From Acidimicrobiia bacterium (lineage in GTDB: Bacteria > Actinomycetota > Acidimicrobiia > Spongiisociales > UBA5794), in NCBI GenBank assembly GCA_036396535.1, contig DASWKR010000035.1:128944-192943 (forward strand): DNA of 64,000 bases, given 5' to 3'. Every line of letters begins with the position of its first letter. Within the stretch, counting starts at the first letter, position 1. The translations under genes were made by a program, and so were the position numbers. Positions 9,328 to 20,042 of this stretch are shown here, piece by piece. The notes under the pieces are model-generated. The model worked only from the letters and a program-made list of their open reading frames with translations. It was not told where the DNA came from and did no database searches.

Positions 9328-9711
9328 ATGCGTGAGCGCCCCGCCATCGTTCGCATCCTCGAGACCCCCGGCGCCGATGCGACGCGGATCGCCGTGACGC
9401 TCGCCTGGCAGGACGAGGAGTTCACCGGCGAGGCCGCCGGCCTGTCCGACGCGGCGCACCGGCCTCGCATCATCGGCGAGGCGACTCTGCGCGCCGTCGA
9501 GGCGGTCACCAACAACAGCATCACTTTGAGCCTCGACGCCATCGCGACAACCGACCTCGGCGAGGGCCAGATCGCCATGGCACAGGTGACGCTCGACGGC
9601 ACCGACGAGCGGCTCGTCGGCAGCGCCATGGTCGGTGAGAACGACGAGGTGGCGGCGACGGTGAAGGCAGTTCTCGACGCGATCAACCGCCGGCTCGAGC
9701 GGGAGCTCTAG
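9328..9711 (+). CDS. hypothetical protein, DUF1876-like (Rv1738/Rv2632c-type fold)
   Basis: 127 aa. The segment ATRIAVTLAWQDEEFTGEAAGLSDAAHRPRIIGEATLRAVEAV resembles the DUF1876 consensus (A.A.L.W...G.G.A...P...IGDELA.ARAL), and a second similar half follows. Confidence 0.4.
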   Translation: MRERPAIVRILETPGADATRIAVTLAWQDEEFTGEAAGLSDAAHRPRIIGEATLRAVEAVTNNSITLSLDAIATTDLGEGQIAMAQVTLDGTDERLVGSAMVGENDEVAATVKAVLDAINRRLEREL

Positions 9712-9733
9712 GGAACGCCTACTGCCGGAGCGC

Positions 9734-10105
9734 TCACTCTTCGGCGAGCGCCCACAGGAGGTCGCGCACCGTGACGATCCCGAGGATCTCGCTTCCGTCG
9801 ACGACGGGGAGGTGTCGATACCCGGCTTCCAGGAGCCACGCAACGGCCTCGTCGACGGACACGGTCGGGGCGACCGTGTCGGGGGCTTCCGACATCCATG
9901 AGGAGACCGCCTCGTCGTCGAGGTCGGCGTCGCGGGAGACGGCGTCGACGAGATCGTGCTCCGTGATGATCCCGACGAGGTTCCGCTTGTCGACGACGAC
10001 GAGACAGTCCACCCTGGCCTCGACCATCCGCCGGGCAGCTTCGGCGAGAGTCGCCTCGCTGCCGATCACCTCGGCCGAGCCACCGACGAGAGCCTGGAGC
10101 TGCAA
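9734..10105 (-). CDS. CBS domain pair protein
   Basis: 123 aa with two CBS motifs (VDCLVVVDKRNLVGIITEHDLV; HLPVVDGSEILGIVTVRDLL). Confidence 0.7.
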   Translation of the reverse strand: MQLQALVGGSAEVIGSEATLAEAARRMVEARVDCLVVVDKRNLVGIITEHDLVDAVSRDADLDDEAVSSWMSEAPDTVAPTVSVDEAVAWLLEAGYRHLPVVDGSEILGIVTVRDLLWALAEE

Positions 10106-10197
10106 GTCGCCTCCCGATCGCGCGACGCGGACACTAGTTGGCGGGCGAAGGCGGTGTCAGAGTCGAAAGGCCGCACGCGGTGCCGCCCGAGGCACCG

Positions 10198-11247
10198 TCA
10201 GAGCAGGTCTTGCTCCCTGATTCCGAACGACGGGTGGCGCAGCCTGCACAGGGCGAGCTTCTCGAGCTGCCGGATGCGCTCCCTGGTGAGGTTGAACTCC
10301 TCGCCGATCTCCTCGAGGGTGCGCGGGACGCCGTCGTAGAAGCCGTAGCGAAGGGCGAGGATCCGCCCCTCGCGCTCCGGGAGGCGTTCGATCGACTTGC
10401 GCAGGCTGTCTGCGATGTCCAGTTCCTCGGTGACCCGAACCGGGTCGACGGCGTCTTCGTCCTCGATGAAGTCGCCGAGCTGAGCGCCGTCCTCGCCGAC
10501 CGGCTGCTCGAGCGACACCGTGTCGGCGACACCGAGCGCCAGCTCGACCTTGTCGACGTTGACGCCCGCCTCTTCGGCGATCTCCTCGGGCCGCGGCTCA
10601 CGACCGAGCTCTGCCTTGAGGCTCGCCTGGGCAGCGCGCACCGCCGCCAGCGTGTCGTGGAGGTGCACCGGGATCCTCACGGTGCGTGACTTGTCGGCGA
10701 TCGCCCTCGTGATGGCCTGCCGAATCCACCACGTGGCGTACGTCGAGAACTTGAATCCCTTGCGCCAGTCGAACTTCTCGACGGCGCGGATGAGGCCGAG
10801 GTTGCCCTCCTGGATGAGATCCAGGAAGTCGATCCCCGAGGTGTTGGCGTAGCGCCGAGCGTTGGCGACGACGAGACGGAGATTGGCGGTGAGGAAGGCG
10901 TCCTTCGCCTCGCGACCGTGGCGAACCTTGCGGCGCAGCGCCATCTCCTCGGCTTTGGTCTTGAATGCTCCGGCGTCGAGCTTGGCGAGCGCATCCTGGC
11001 CCGCCTCGATCTTCTGGGCGTAGTCGACTTCCTTCTCCGCTGTGAGGAGCTCGTACTCGCCGATGGCGGTGAGGTATTGGCTGACCAGGTCGGTCGTCAG
11101 CCTGCCGCGTTCGTCGGTCAGCTTGTTGCGGTCCCGATCGCGGCGAGATCGAGTGAGTGTGTCCCGCTCGACGCGCTCTTTCGCCTCGGCCCGCTCCCGT
11201 TGGGCGCGGTCGAGGACCTTGTCACGCGTCTTGCCACTCGATGCCAT
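10198..11247 (-). CDS. RNA polymerase sigma-70 family factor (group 1/2, RpoD/SigA-SigB type)
   Basis: Region 2 ([18 protein letters not shown]), region 2.4/3 ([27 protein letters not shown]) and region 4 ([20 protein letters not shown]) are all present; 349 aa. Confidence 0.85.
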   Translation of the reverse strand: MASSGKTRDKVLDRAQRERAEAKERVERDTLTRSRRDRDRNKLTDERGRLTTDLVSQYLTAIGEYELLTAEKEVDYAQKIEAGQDALAKLDAGAFKTKAEEMALRRKVRHGREAKDAFLTANLRLVVANARRYANTSGIDFLDLIQEGNLGLIRAVEKFDWRKGFKFSTYATWWIRQAITRAIADKSRTVRIPVHLHDTLAAVRAAQASLKAELGREPRPEEIAEEAGVNVDKVELALGVADTVSLEQPVGEDGAQLGDFIEDEDAVDPVRVTEELDIADSLRKSIERLPEREGRILALRYGFYDGVPRTLEEIGEEFNLTRERIRQLEKLALCRLRHPSFGIREQDLL

Positions 11248-11336
11248 CTAAAGATCCTCCAAGATTTCTTCGACGCCTCTGCATGACGACCAGCCCATGG
11301 TCCGATGCGGCCACCACTCCCGCTTCATGCAACATT

Positions 11337-11352
11337 GTGAAAGGCGTCACAA
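11337..11352. promoter_or_regulatory. Crp/Fnr-type palindrome TGTGA-aaggcg-TCACA
   Basis: Exact match to the TGTGA-N6-TCACA consensus, in the divergent intergenic region between the sigma-factor gene (minus) and yyaL (plus). Overlaps one arm of a 12-bp inverted repeat CACAAAGCCCGG (11349-11360) / CCGGGCTTTGTG (11385-11396). Confidence 0.4.
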
Positions 11353-11465
11353 AGCCCGGTTCGGTCCCAATATCACACATTCCCCGGGCTTTGTGAACCC
11401 CTCATCTGCCGAAAACCCGACGAGAAAAGGGCCTGAGGTCGAACGATTGGCCCTTCGATCGACCT

Positions 11466-11478
11466 GGGTTGTCCACAG
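11466..11478. repeat. direct repeat GGGTTGTCCACAG, copy 1 (copy 2 at 11560-11572)
   Basis: Two identical 13-nt copies 94 nt apart, in the 5' region of yyaL. Confidence 0.35.
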
Positions 11479-11608
11479 GCTCGTCAACACAACGCCGCAG
11501 ACTGGGGATCTCTTCCGCCCCAGGCGTCCTGCTGCCCGCCGACCTGGGGGAACCATGGCGGGTTGTCCACAGTCCGTCGGCGAGGACGCCCATGGCTACG
11601 GTGGACAC

Positions 11609-13630
<2,022 letters not shown>

Positions 13631-13636
13631 TCGGTC

Positions 13637-14602
13637 GTGATCGACATCTCCACCGGCCAGTGCATCTATTGCGGCGCCGAGAGGCGCCGCGACGCCATGC
13701 GCTGCCCACACTGCGAACGAATGTGGCCTGACAGGACGGTCACGGCCATCCGGATCGACCTCGACGACGTCTCGGAGGCCGAACAGGTGCGCGCCGGGGC
13801 CGGGCCCGTGCCGCAGCAGCCGGCGCCGAAGCGGGCGGCCCGGATCTGGGTGCCCGTCGGAGTCGCGGTGGCGGCCCTCGGTGCGTATCTCGTCTTGTTC
13901 GGGCTGATCCTCGACGGCGGCCCTCCCGACGAGGACGCCGCACCGCAAACGACGCTGCCCTCCCAAGAGACCTCGCCGGCGACGGCGAGCCCGTCCGAGC
14001 CGTCGACGACGGCCGCGCCGACGACGGCGGCGCCGACGACGACCGTGCCTCCGACCACGACGGCGACCACGTTGGCACCCATCGAAGCCGTGGGCGACGC
14101 CATCCCTATCGATGAGCTCTCGCTGGGGGCATTCGCGCTCGGGCCCCTCGACATAGGCTCGCCGGCCCACGACGCCGTCGGAAGGCTCGTCGCGACGTTC
14201 GGTCAACCCGACGCCGTGATAGAGACTCTCGACGCCTCGGTCGGGCTCTGTGACGGTGTCGCGGGTCGGCTGGTCTCGTGGGGTGGACTCGGACTCGTGC
14301 TCGCCGGCGATGGCGAGGCGGAGGCATTCGCCGGCTATCGCTTGGAGCTCGACGCGGACGACGGGCCGACCAACGGGTTGCGAACCCTTTCCGGGCTGGG
14401 CCTCGGCGACACGTGGGAGCAGGTCGAGGCGATCTACCCGACCGCCACCGGGGTCGACATCGGCGGTGCGCCCGGTTTCATCGTGTCCCGCTCGAGCGAC
14501 GGCATCACCCTCATCTGGGGGAGCCTGGCTGAGTCCGGTTCGACCGCACTCGTGACGGGTATCCACTCACCGAGGCCGTGTGACGGCGGCCCGACGCCGT
14601 GA
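13637..14602 (+). CDS. membrane-anchored protein: N-terminal zinc ribbon, 1 TM, Thr/Pro-rich linker, conserved C-terminal extracytoplasmic domain (paralog A)
   Basis: C4 zinc ribbon (CIYCG...CPHCE), TM segment IWVPVGVAVAALGAYLVLFGLIL and a linker TTAAPTTAAPTTTVPPTTTATT. The C-terminal domain shares blocks with 16708..17589 (AVGRLVAtFGqPD; FAGYRleLdaddG; LsGLglGdtweqvEaiYp; LiWGslaesGstalVtGIhSPrpCD). Confidence 0.5.
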   Translation: MIDISTGQCIYCGAERRRDAMRCPHCERMWPDRTVTAIRIDLDDVSEAEQVRAGAGPVPQQPAPKRAARIWVPVGVAVAALGAYLVLFGLILDGGPPDEDAAPQTTLPSQETSPATASPSEPSTTAAPTTAAPTTTVPPTTTATTLAPIEAVGDAIPIDELSLGAFALGPLDIGSPAHDAVGRLVATFGQPDAVIETLDASVGLCDGVAGRLVSWGGLGLVLAGDGEAEAFAGYRLELDADDGPTNGLRTLSGLGLGDTWEQVEAIYPTATGVDIGGAPGFIVSRSSDGITLIWGSLAESGSTALVTGIHSPRPCDGGPTP

Positions 14603-14714
14603 CGGGGTGCTCCGGGCTCGGCGCGTACGACCCGACGGCGGATATGATGCCTCCCGGGCGTCCTCCGGCCAGGACGCTCCTCTTTCGTTGAGAAGTCGGA
14701 GATTGGCTGATCAC

Positions 14715-16610
14715 ATGCCGCGCTGGCACCGAATGTTTCGGCTCCCGAACGTTCTCTCCGTCGCGCTCGGCTTGCTCGTCGGCTTCCTGCTCGCGTCGTA
14801 CTGGGAATCGCATGTGGGCGCCGCGGCCGCCGCAGCCATCGGGGGGATCGTCACCGCTCTCTCATGGCTCGCCTGGTGGCGATACGCCTCCGGGGCGCGC
14901 ATCGCCGACGAGTTCGAAACGCCGCCGCTCGGGATCATTCGCAGGTGGGACCACGGACCCGCGCCGACCCTCTCTGCCCAGGACTCGGACGTCGCCCAGG
15001 CATACCACGAGGCCGCAGAGCGCCTCGAGGCGATGACGCACGGCCAGGTCATCCTCGTCATGGCGGCGGCTCCGGGTCAGGGGGCGACCACGGTCGCGAT
15101 GAACCTCGCCATCGCCGCCACCCAGGGAGGGCGTCGTGTCGTGCTCATCGACGGCGATCCCTCCCGACGCGGGTTGTCCCGCTTCGGACACACGGGGGCC
15201 GCTCCCGGGCTCATCGACGTGGCGGCCGGGCGAGCGTCGCTCGTCGAGGCCTCTCGGATGTGGGACCTGGCCCCCGGCGTGCGGCTCCCGTTCATCCCGG
15301 CGGGGAGCCCGGTCGGGCTGACCCCGACGACGCTCGGCAGCAAGGAGATGGCGGAGGCCATCGACGTGCTCAGCGAAGGCTCGGACCTCGTGCTGATCGA
15401 CACTCCCCCCGTTTCGTGGGACGGCAACGTCGGACCGCTGGCGGCACACGCCGACGGGACGGTGCTCGTCGTGACCGAACGGACGGCTCCCTCGACCGTG
15501 AGCAGCACGGCGTCCCGGCTCGCCGAGGCGGGAGCCCCGGTCGCCGGGTTCTTGGTCAACAAGGCGGAGGAGACGGCCGAAGGCCTCGGCTGGCCGTGGC
15601 GCAGGGTCGCCAAGCGGGTGACGGCGACGTTCGCGGTCGCCCTTCTCGGGTTCATCTCCTACAACGCCTTCCAGATCTGGGACTCGTGGCGCTCGGTGGC
15701 GCGCGACCAGCTCGACGTCGCCGCGGCCGCCGCAGTCTTGCCGCTCCCCGGCGGGGGGGCAGTCCACGACGAGGTGGGCGGGGACATCGCTGCCATCGTG
15801 ACCGGGGAGCCGACCAGGCCAGAGGTCTTCCAGTCATTCCTCGTCGTCGGGAGCGACGCCGGCGGGGTCAGGGCCGATGTCATCACCCTGCTGCTCGTCC
15901 CTCCGGACGGCGACCCTGCCATCGTCTCGATCCCACGCGACCTCTACCTGCCGAACCGCTGCACACAGGGGTACGAGCGCATCAACGCCAGCCTGGCGGC
16001 GTGCGGTTCCATCAACGGCCCGACGATGCTGGCACTCGCAGTCGAGGACTACACCGGGATCGAGGTCGACCACTTCGCCCTCTTCGACTTCGACGGGTTC
16101 GAACGGATCATCGACGCCGTCGGCGGCGTCCAGATCTGTGTCGACCACCAGGTGCGGGACTCACGCTCGTTCCTCGACCTCCCCGCGGGGTGCACCACCG
16201 CCTCCGGCGCCCAAGCGCTGAGCTGGGTGCGGTCGAGGAGAACAGAAGAGCTGGTGGACGGCGCGTGGCGCAGGATGCAGGGAGTGAGCGACCTCACGCG
16301 CAACTTGCGGCAGCAGGACGTGATCCTGGCGATGTTCTCCAAGATGAAGACGTTCGGGTCGATCTCGGACCTCACGAGGACGGTGCGGAGCCTCACGAAC
16401 ACGTTCACGCTCGACACCCAGCTCGGAATCTCGGACGCCATCTCGCTCGCCTGGAGCCTGCGCGGCATCGATCCCCGGACGGTCACGCGAATCGAGATCC
16501 CGGTGCGAGACTTCACGACCTCGAGGGGAGCGAGCGTGCTCGTCCCGACGACGCCCTTCCGTGAGCTCCTGGCACCCGTCTTCCCCGACCTCGACCTCCA
16601 GGCCCTGTGA
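14715..16610 (+). CDS. fusion protein: N-terminal TM pair, BY-kinase/MinD-like P-loop domain with a degenerate Walker A, 1 TM, C-terminal LytR-CpsA-Psr (LCP) domain
   Basis: Start chosen at the ATG for MPRWHRMFRL (GGAG 14 nt upstream). ATPase domain: VMAAAPGQGATTVAMNLAIA (Walker A with K replaced by A), VVLIDGDPSRRG (A'), DLVLIDTPPV (Walker B), ADGTVLVV and AGFLVNKA. LCP domain: LVVGSDAGGVRADVITLLLV...AIVSIPRDLYLPN...ERINASLA...GIEVDHFALFDFDGFERIIDAVGGVQICVD. Confidence 0.7.
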   Translation: MPRWHRMFRLPNVLSVALGLLVGFLLASYWESHVGAAAAAAIGGIVTALSWLAWWRYASGARIADEFETPPLGIIRRWDHGPAPTLSAQDSDVAQAYHEAAERLEAMTHGQVILVMAAAPGQGATTVAMNLAIAATQGGRRVVLIDGDPSRRGLSRFGHTGAAPGLIDVAAGRASLVEASRMWDLAPGVRLPFIPAGSPVGLTPTTLGSKEMAEAIDVLSEGSDLVLIDTPPVSWDGNVGPLAAHADGTVLVVTERTAPSTVSSTASRLAEAGAPVAGFLVNKAEETAEGLGWPWRRVAKRVTATFAVALLGFISYNAFQIWDSWRSVARDQLDVAAAAAVLPLPGGGAVHDEVGGDIAAIVTGEPTRPEVFQSFLVVGSDAGGVRADVITLLLVPPDGDPAIVSIPRDLYLPNRCTQGYERINASLAACGSINGPTMLALAVEDYTGIEVDHFALFDFDGFERIIDAVGGVQICVDHQVRDSRSFLDLPAGCTTASGAQALSWVRSRRTEELVDGAWRRMQGVSDLTRNLRQQDVILAMFSKMKTFGSISDLTRTVRSLTNTFTLDTQLGISDAISLAWSLRGIDPRTVTRIEIPVRDFTTSRGASVLVPTTPFRELLAPVFPDLDLQAL

Positions 16611-16707
16611 CGGCGCCGTCGTGGCCGGAGGACCTGCCGAACCGGCCCACTCCGCCCCGATGTCATAAGATACGGGCCCCGAGTCGGACCCCGCGGAGCC
16701 GGAACAC

Positions 16708-17589
16708 ATGAGCGACAACGATTTCGAGGGTTTCGACCCGTACGAGGGCCTGACCGACCTGACGGGCGGCGAGCCCCTCCCGTCGCTCGAGCCTGGTCAC
16801 GTCCCCCCGGCTGCTCCACCGCGTTCGCCGCTCCTCACGGGGCTGATCGTCGCCCTGCTCCTCGTGGTCGTCACGGTCGCCCTCTTCCAGCTCCTCGGTG
16901 ACGACGGCGAGGGCGCCGCGGCAGGCTCCACCACTACGACGGGGTCCCCGGATACGTCGGGAAGCGGGGGCGAGACGACGACGACCGAGGCGACGTCGAC
17001 GACAGGCGGCGACACGACCACCACGACAGGCGCCCCAGGTGCGGTCACCCCGTACGAGCCGAGAGGTGAGCCGCTGACGCTCGACAACCTGACCCTGGCA
17101 GCCGACGCCATCGGGCCGATCGAGCTCGGTCAAGCAGCCGAGCGTGCCGTCGGGCGACTCGTCGCGTCGCTCGGCGATCCGGATGAGGACACTGGGCCGA
17201 TCGTCTCGACGGGCGCCTACGGGACGTGCGAGGGATCGATGGTGAGGATCGTGCGGTGGGGCGCCCTCGCAGCCGTCGTGGTCATCGATGACAACGGCGA
17301 CGAGATCTTCGCCGGGTATCGGGTCGACCTCGCCTACGAGGACGCATTCAGCTCCGAGACGGCCGATCTCGAGACGTTGTCCGGCCTCAGACCCGGCAAC
17401 TCCATCAGGAGGATCGAGGAGGTCTATTCCGAGTTCGACCGACGATTCGTCGTCGACCCGGAGGTGGGGGACGCCTTCGAGCTGTATGGCACATCCGGAA
17501 GCCTGCTCTTGTGGGGTCCCATCACCCAGCCGGACACGGGGGTCGTGAGGGGGATATTCTCGCCGGACGCCTGCGACAGGTTCCAGTAG
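16708..17589 (+). CDS. membrane-anchored protein: 1 TM, Thr/Gly-rich linker, conserved C-terminal extracytoplasmic domain (paralog B)
   Basis: TM segment LLTGLIVALLLVVVTVALFQLL, linker TTTTGSPDTSGSGGETTTTEATSTTGGDTTTTTG, and a C-terminal domain homologous to that of 13637..14602. Confidence 0.5.
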   Translation: MSDNDFEGFDPYEGLTDLTGGEPLPSLEPGHVPPAAPPRSPLLTGLIVALLLVVVTVALFQLLGDDGEGAAAGSTTTTGSPDTSGSGGETTTTEATSTTGGDTTTTTGAPGAVTPYEPRGEPLTLDNLTLAADAIGPIELGQAAERAVGRLVASLGDPDEDTGPIVSTGAYGTCEGSMVRIVRWGALAAVVVIDDNGDEIFAGYRVDLAYEDAFSSETADLETLSGLRPGNSIRRIEEVYSEFDRRFVVDPEVGDAFELYGTSGSLLLWGPITQPDTGVVRGIFSPDACDRFQ

Positions 17590-17682
17590 CGGGAAGCCGG
17601 AGGTCGCCGGCGGCGGAGCTTCACGAATCAGGCTCCCGGCAGGGAACTTGGGGCCGGAGAGCCCGGACTATCCTCGGCCGTC

Positions 17683-18420
17683 ATGTACGGCGCCCAACGC
17701 AGCCGCCTGCGTCCAACGGTCTACGGCGCGCTCGCAGGAGGTCTCCTCGGCCTCAGCCTCATGGTCCTGTTCACAGGCAAGTTCGCCATCGGCTCGATCG
17801 ATGCGGTGCTCCTCGATCGATCCGGGCCCAGAGCACGACCCGAGTTCGTCGTCAGCAGCGGGGGCCTCTACCTCCTCATCGTGGTGGCGGCGGTTGCAGG
17901 AGCGCTCGCGGTCGCCGGGATCATCTATGCGTTCGGGCGGGAGTCCGAGCCGATGGCAAGGCGATTCTCGCTGGCGTCGATGCTGCCGGTCGCGGCCGTC
18001 ACAGGCGCCGTGTTCGGCTACGGCACGATGCGAGCCGGCTTGGGGGCGGTTGCCGACATCGACCTCGGCATCGTGACCGTCTCCACCTACCGGATGGCTG
18101 TTGTCATCTCGATCGCCGGCGTGGTCACAGGCGGAGTGACCGCCAACGTCGTCGATGCACTCGCCAGGCCGGCGACGCTGGGCCTCGAAGGAGAGGCTCT
18201 GCCCCAGAGCCTCGGGGCGTTTCTCGGTGAGATGCAACGCGCCGTCGGAAGCCCGATGGTGTCCGTCGTCGTCCTCGCCGTGTTCGCCATCGGCCTCTCT
18301 CAGCTGCTGCTCGCCATCGAGGGGACCGCCGCCGTTGCCCTCTTCGCCGTGGTCGGAGCCGTCGTGCTCGCAGGGGCCACCCTCGCCGCCTATCGACCCT
18401 GGGATCGGCCGAGAGGCTGA
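17683..18420 (+). CDS. hypothetical integral membrane protein (about 6 TM)
   Basis: 245 aa, strongly hydrophobic throughout; no recognisable family. Confidence 0.4.
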   Translation: MYGAQRSRLRPTVYGALAGGLLGLSLMVLFTGKFAIGSIDAVLLDRSGPRARPEFVVSSGGLYLLIVVAAVAGALAVAGIIYAFGRESEPMARRFSLASMLPVAAVTGAVFGYGTMRAGLGAVADIDLGIVTVSTYRMAVVISIAGVVTGGVTANVVDALARPATLGLEGEALPQSLGAFLGEMQRAVGSPMVSVVVLAVFAIGLSQLLLAIEGTAAVALFAVVGAVVLAGATLAAYRPWDRPRG

Positions 18421-18442
18421 TCGAGCCCTCCGCAGGGGGGCG

Positions 18443-18814
18443 CTACGAGGCGTCATCGACCTCGACGGCTACGAGTGCTCCTCCACGCTCCGTGTACCTG
18501 ACCCGGACGGGCTCCCCGCTGGTGAGATGGGAGCGAAGGTGCCCGATCGAGCCGCCGTGGCCGAACAGAAGCCCGTCATCGGGAACGAACGAGCGGGACG
18601 TGCCGTCGGCGGACCGTACCGTGAAGGACTCGACGCTCGTGATGTCACCGACGACGTCGACCACTATCCCCTCGGCCGCTCCAGGCGAGGCGCCGCGGGC
18701 GGCGACGACGTCCGCCGCGTCGTCGACGCCCGCGGCGGCTACGACGAGCCACACGACGAGAGAGAGCGCCGCCACCGCAGCACCGACCAGGACGAACAGA
18801 CGTCGACGGCTCAC
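18443..18814 (-). CDS. hypothetical membrane-anchored protein
   Basis: 123 aa with an N-terminal TM (LFVLVGAAVAALSLVVWLVVAAA). Sits downstream of the cta operon. Confidence 0.4.
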   Translation of the reverse strand: MSRRRLFVLVGAAVAALSLVVWLVVAAAGVDDAADVVAARGASPGAAEGIVVDVVGDITSVESFTVRSADGTSRSFVPDDGLLFGHGGSIGHLRSHLTSGEPVRVRYTERGGALVAVEVDDAS

Positions 18815-18903
18815 TGCGTTGCGCTCACTTGACCTGCGGGCGATCGCGTCCTGGATGCGACGTCACGGGCCGTCGCTACGGGCTCGATCGACGAGTCTCG
18901 GCA

Positions 18904-19743
18904 CTAGCCTGCCACCCTGCGCGGAGACGAGAACCGCTGCTCCTCTGCGTACCAGCTGAAGAACACCCAGGCGATGGCGGTCCACAGGATGAGCCCGCCG
19001 CCGAGCTTCATGATGAGCCCGGCGATGACCTGATCCGTGTGAGCCGAGATCCCCCAGAGCCTCGGGAACGTCTCGTAGACGCGATACAGGGGCGAGTCGC
19101 CGAGAGTGAGGAACGAGGCCGGAACCGTCGGGACGAGGGACTGCAGGAAGAGGTAGCCCATCTTCCCGAAAGGCTGGAGCTCTGGCAGGTCGGGGATCGG
19201 ATCGATGACGGGGAACCACATCAGCACCGCGGTGGTGAACAGGGCGGCGTGGGCGACGAAGTGGAAGGCGCTGCTCGCCAGCATGGCGTCGACGACGCCC
19301 GGTGCATGGAGAAGCCCGAGGGTGGCGTTGAAGGCGACGAGGGCGACGATCGGCTTGGTGAGAACCCGGAGAAGGGGAAGCGCAGGACGCAGCAGCGCCC
19401 GCAACAGCCACCACGGGGTCCCGAGCAGGAGGAGCGGTGGCGTGACGAGGCTCAGCACGAGATGCTCGGTCATGTGGAACATGAAGAGGGAGCGCTCGCC
19501 GATGTCGTGCACCGGCCACGCCGAGACGAGCGCCAACGACGCCACCCCTGCGTAGAAGAAGAAGCGCTGCCAGGTCGTCACGGCCACCTCACCGCGAGGG
19601 GCGAGCGGTGCACGCAGCCGTTTCAGGCCCAGCTCGTATCCGATGATCAAGGCGAAGGCGACTCCGACGATGTCGAGATGAACGTGAAAGGGGGCGATGT
19701 CGCCGAAGGAGGCCTCAGCCGCAGCGATCATCTGAGCCCTCAT
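18904..19743 (-). CDS. ctaG: cytochrome c oxidase caa3-type assembly factor CtaG (Caa3_CtaG family)
   Basis: 279-aa polytopic membrane protein immediately downstream of ctaF. The pattern FHMTEHLVLSLVTPPLLLLG...FHFVAHAALF is typical of the Caa3 CtaG / CopD-like family. Confidence 0.65.
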   Translation of the reverse strand: MRAQMIAAAEASFGDIAPFHVHLDIVGVAFALIIGYELGLKRLRAPLAPRGEVAVTTWQRFFFYAGVASLALVSAWPVHDIGERSLFMFHMTEHLVLSLVTPPLLLLGTPWWLLRALLRPALPLLRVLTKPIVALVAFNATLGLLHAPGVVDAMLASSAFHFVAHAALFTTAVLMWFPVIDPIPDLPELQPFGKMGYLFLQSLVPTVPASFLTLGDSPLYRVYETFPRLWGISAHTDQVIAGLIMKLGGGLILWTAIAWVFFSWYAEEQRFSSPRRVAG

Positions 19744-19746
19744 CGC

Positions 19747-20040
19747 TCACAACGCCGTGAACGTGAGCAGCACCACGATGAACATCGTGAGAGCCCCGAA
19801 GAGGCCGACCAGGAACAGGTTGCGATAGAGCGGCTTGTCGAAGCGGAGATGCATGAAGAAGGCGACGACGGCCGCGAACTTGACCGAGCCGAGAACGATG
19901 AGGAGCAGGATCCTTGGAGTGCCGTCGAACGCAGACAGGTACGGCACCGTAACCTCGATGGCCGTGATGAGCGCCAGGATCGCCGCGATCATCCAGTACT
20001 GCGCCGGGGTCGGGTGATGGGTGGTCGTCTCGCTCGTCAT
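19747..20040 (-). CDS. ctaF: cytochrome c oxidase subunit IV (prokaryotic COX4_pro / CtaF)
   Basis: 97 aa with 3 TM helices and an FMHLRFDKPLYRNL motif. Position after ctaE matches ctaCDEF order. Confidence 0.7.
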   Translation of the reverse strand: MTSETTTHHPTPAQYWMIAAILALITAIEVTVPYLSAFDGTPRILLLIVLGSVKFAAVVAFFMHLRFDKPLYRNLFLVGLFGALTMFIVVLLTFTAL

Positions 20041-20042
20041 CG

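Noticed and set aside
11297-11608. Upstream extension of yyaL starting [10 protein letters not shown]... (track start 11297)
   Set aside because: The canonical YyaL N-terminus MPNRLA...SPYLLQH begins at 11609. The extension runs through the Crp-like palindrome and direct repeats and has no homology.
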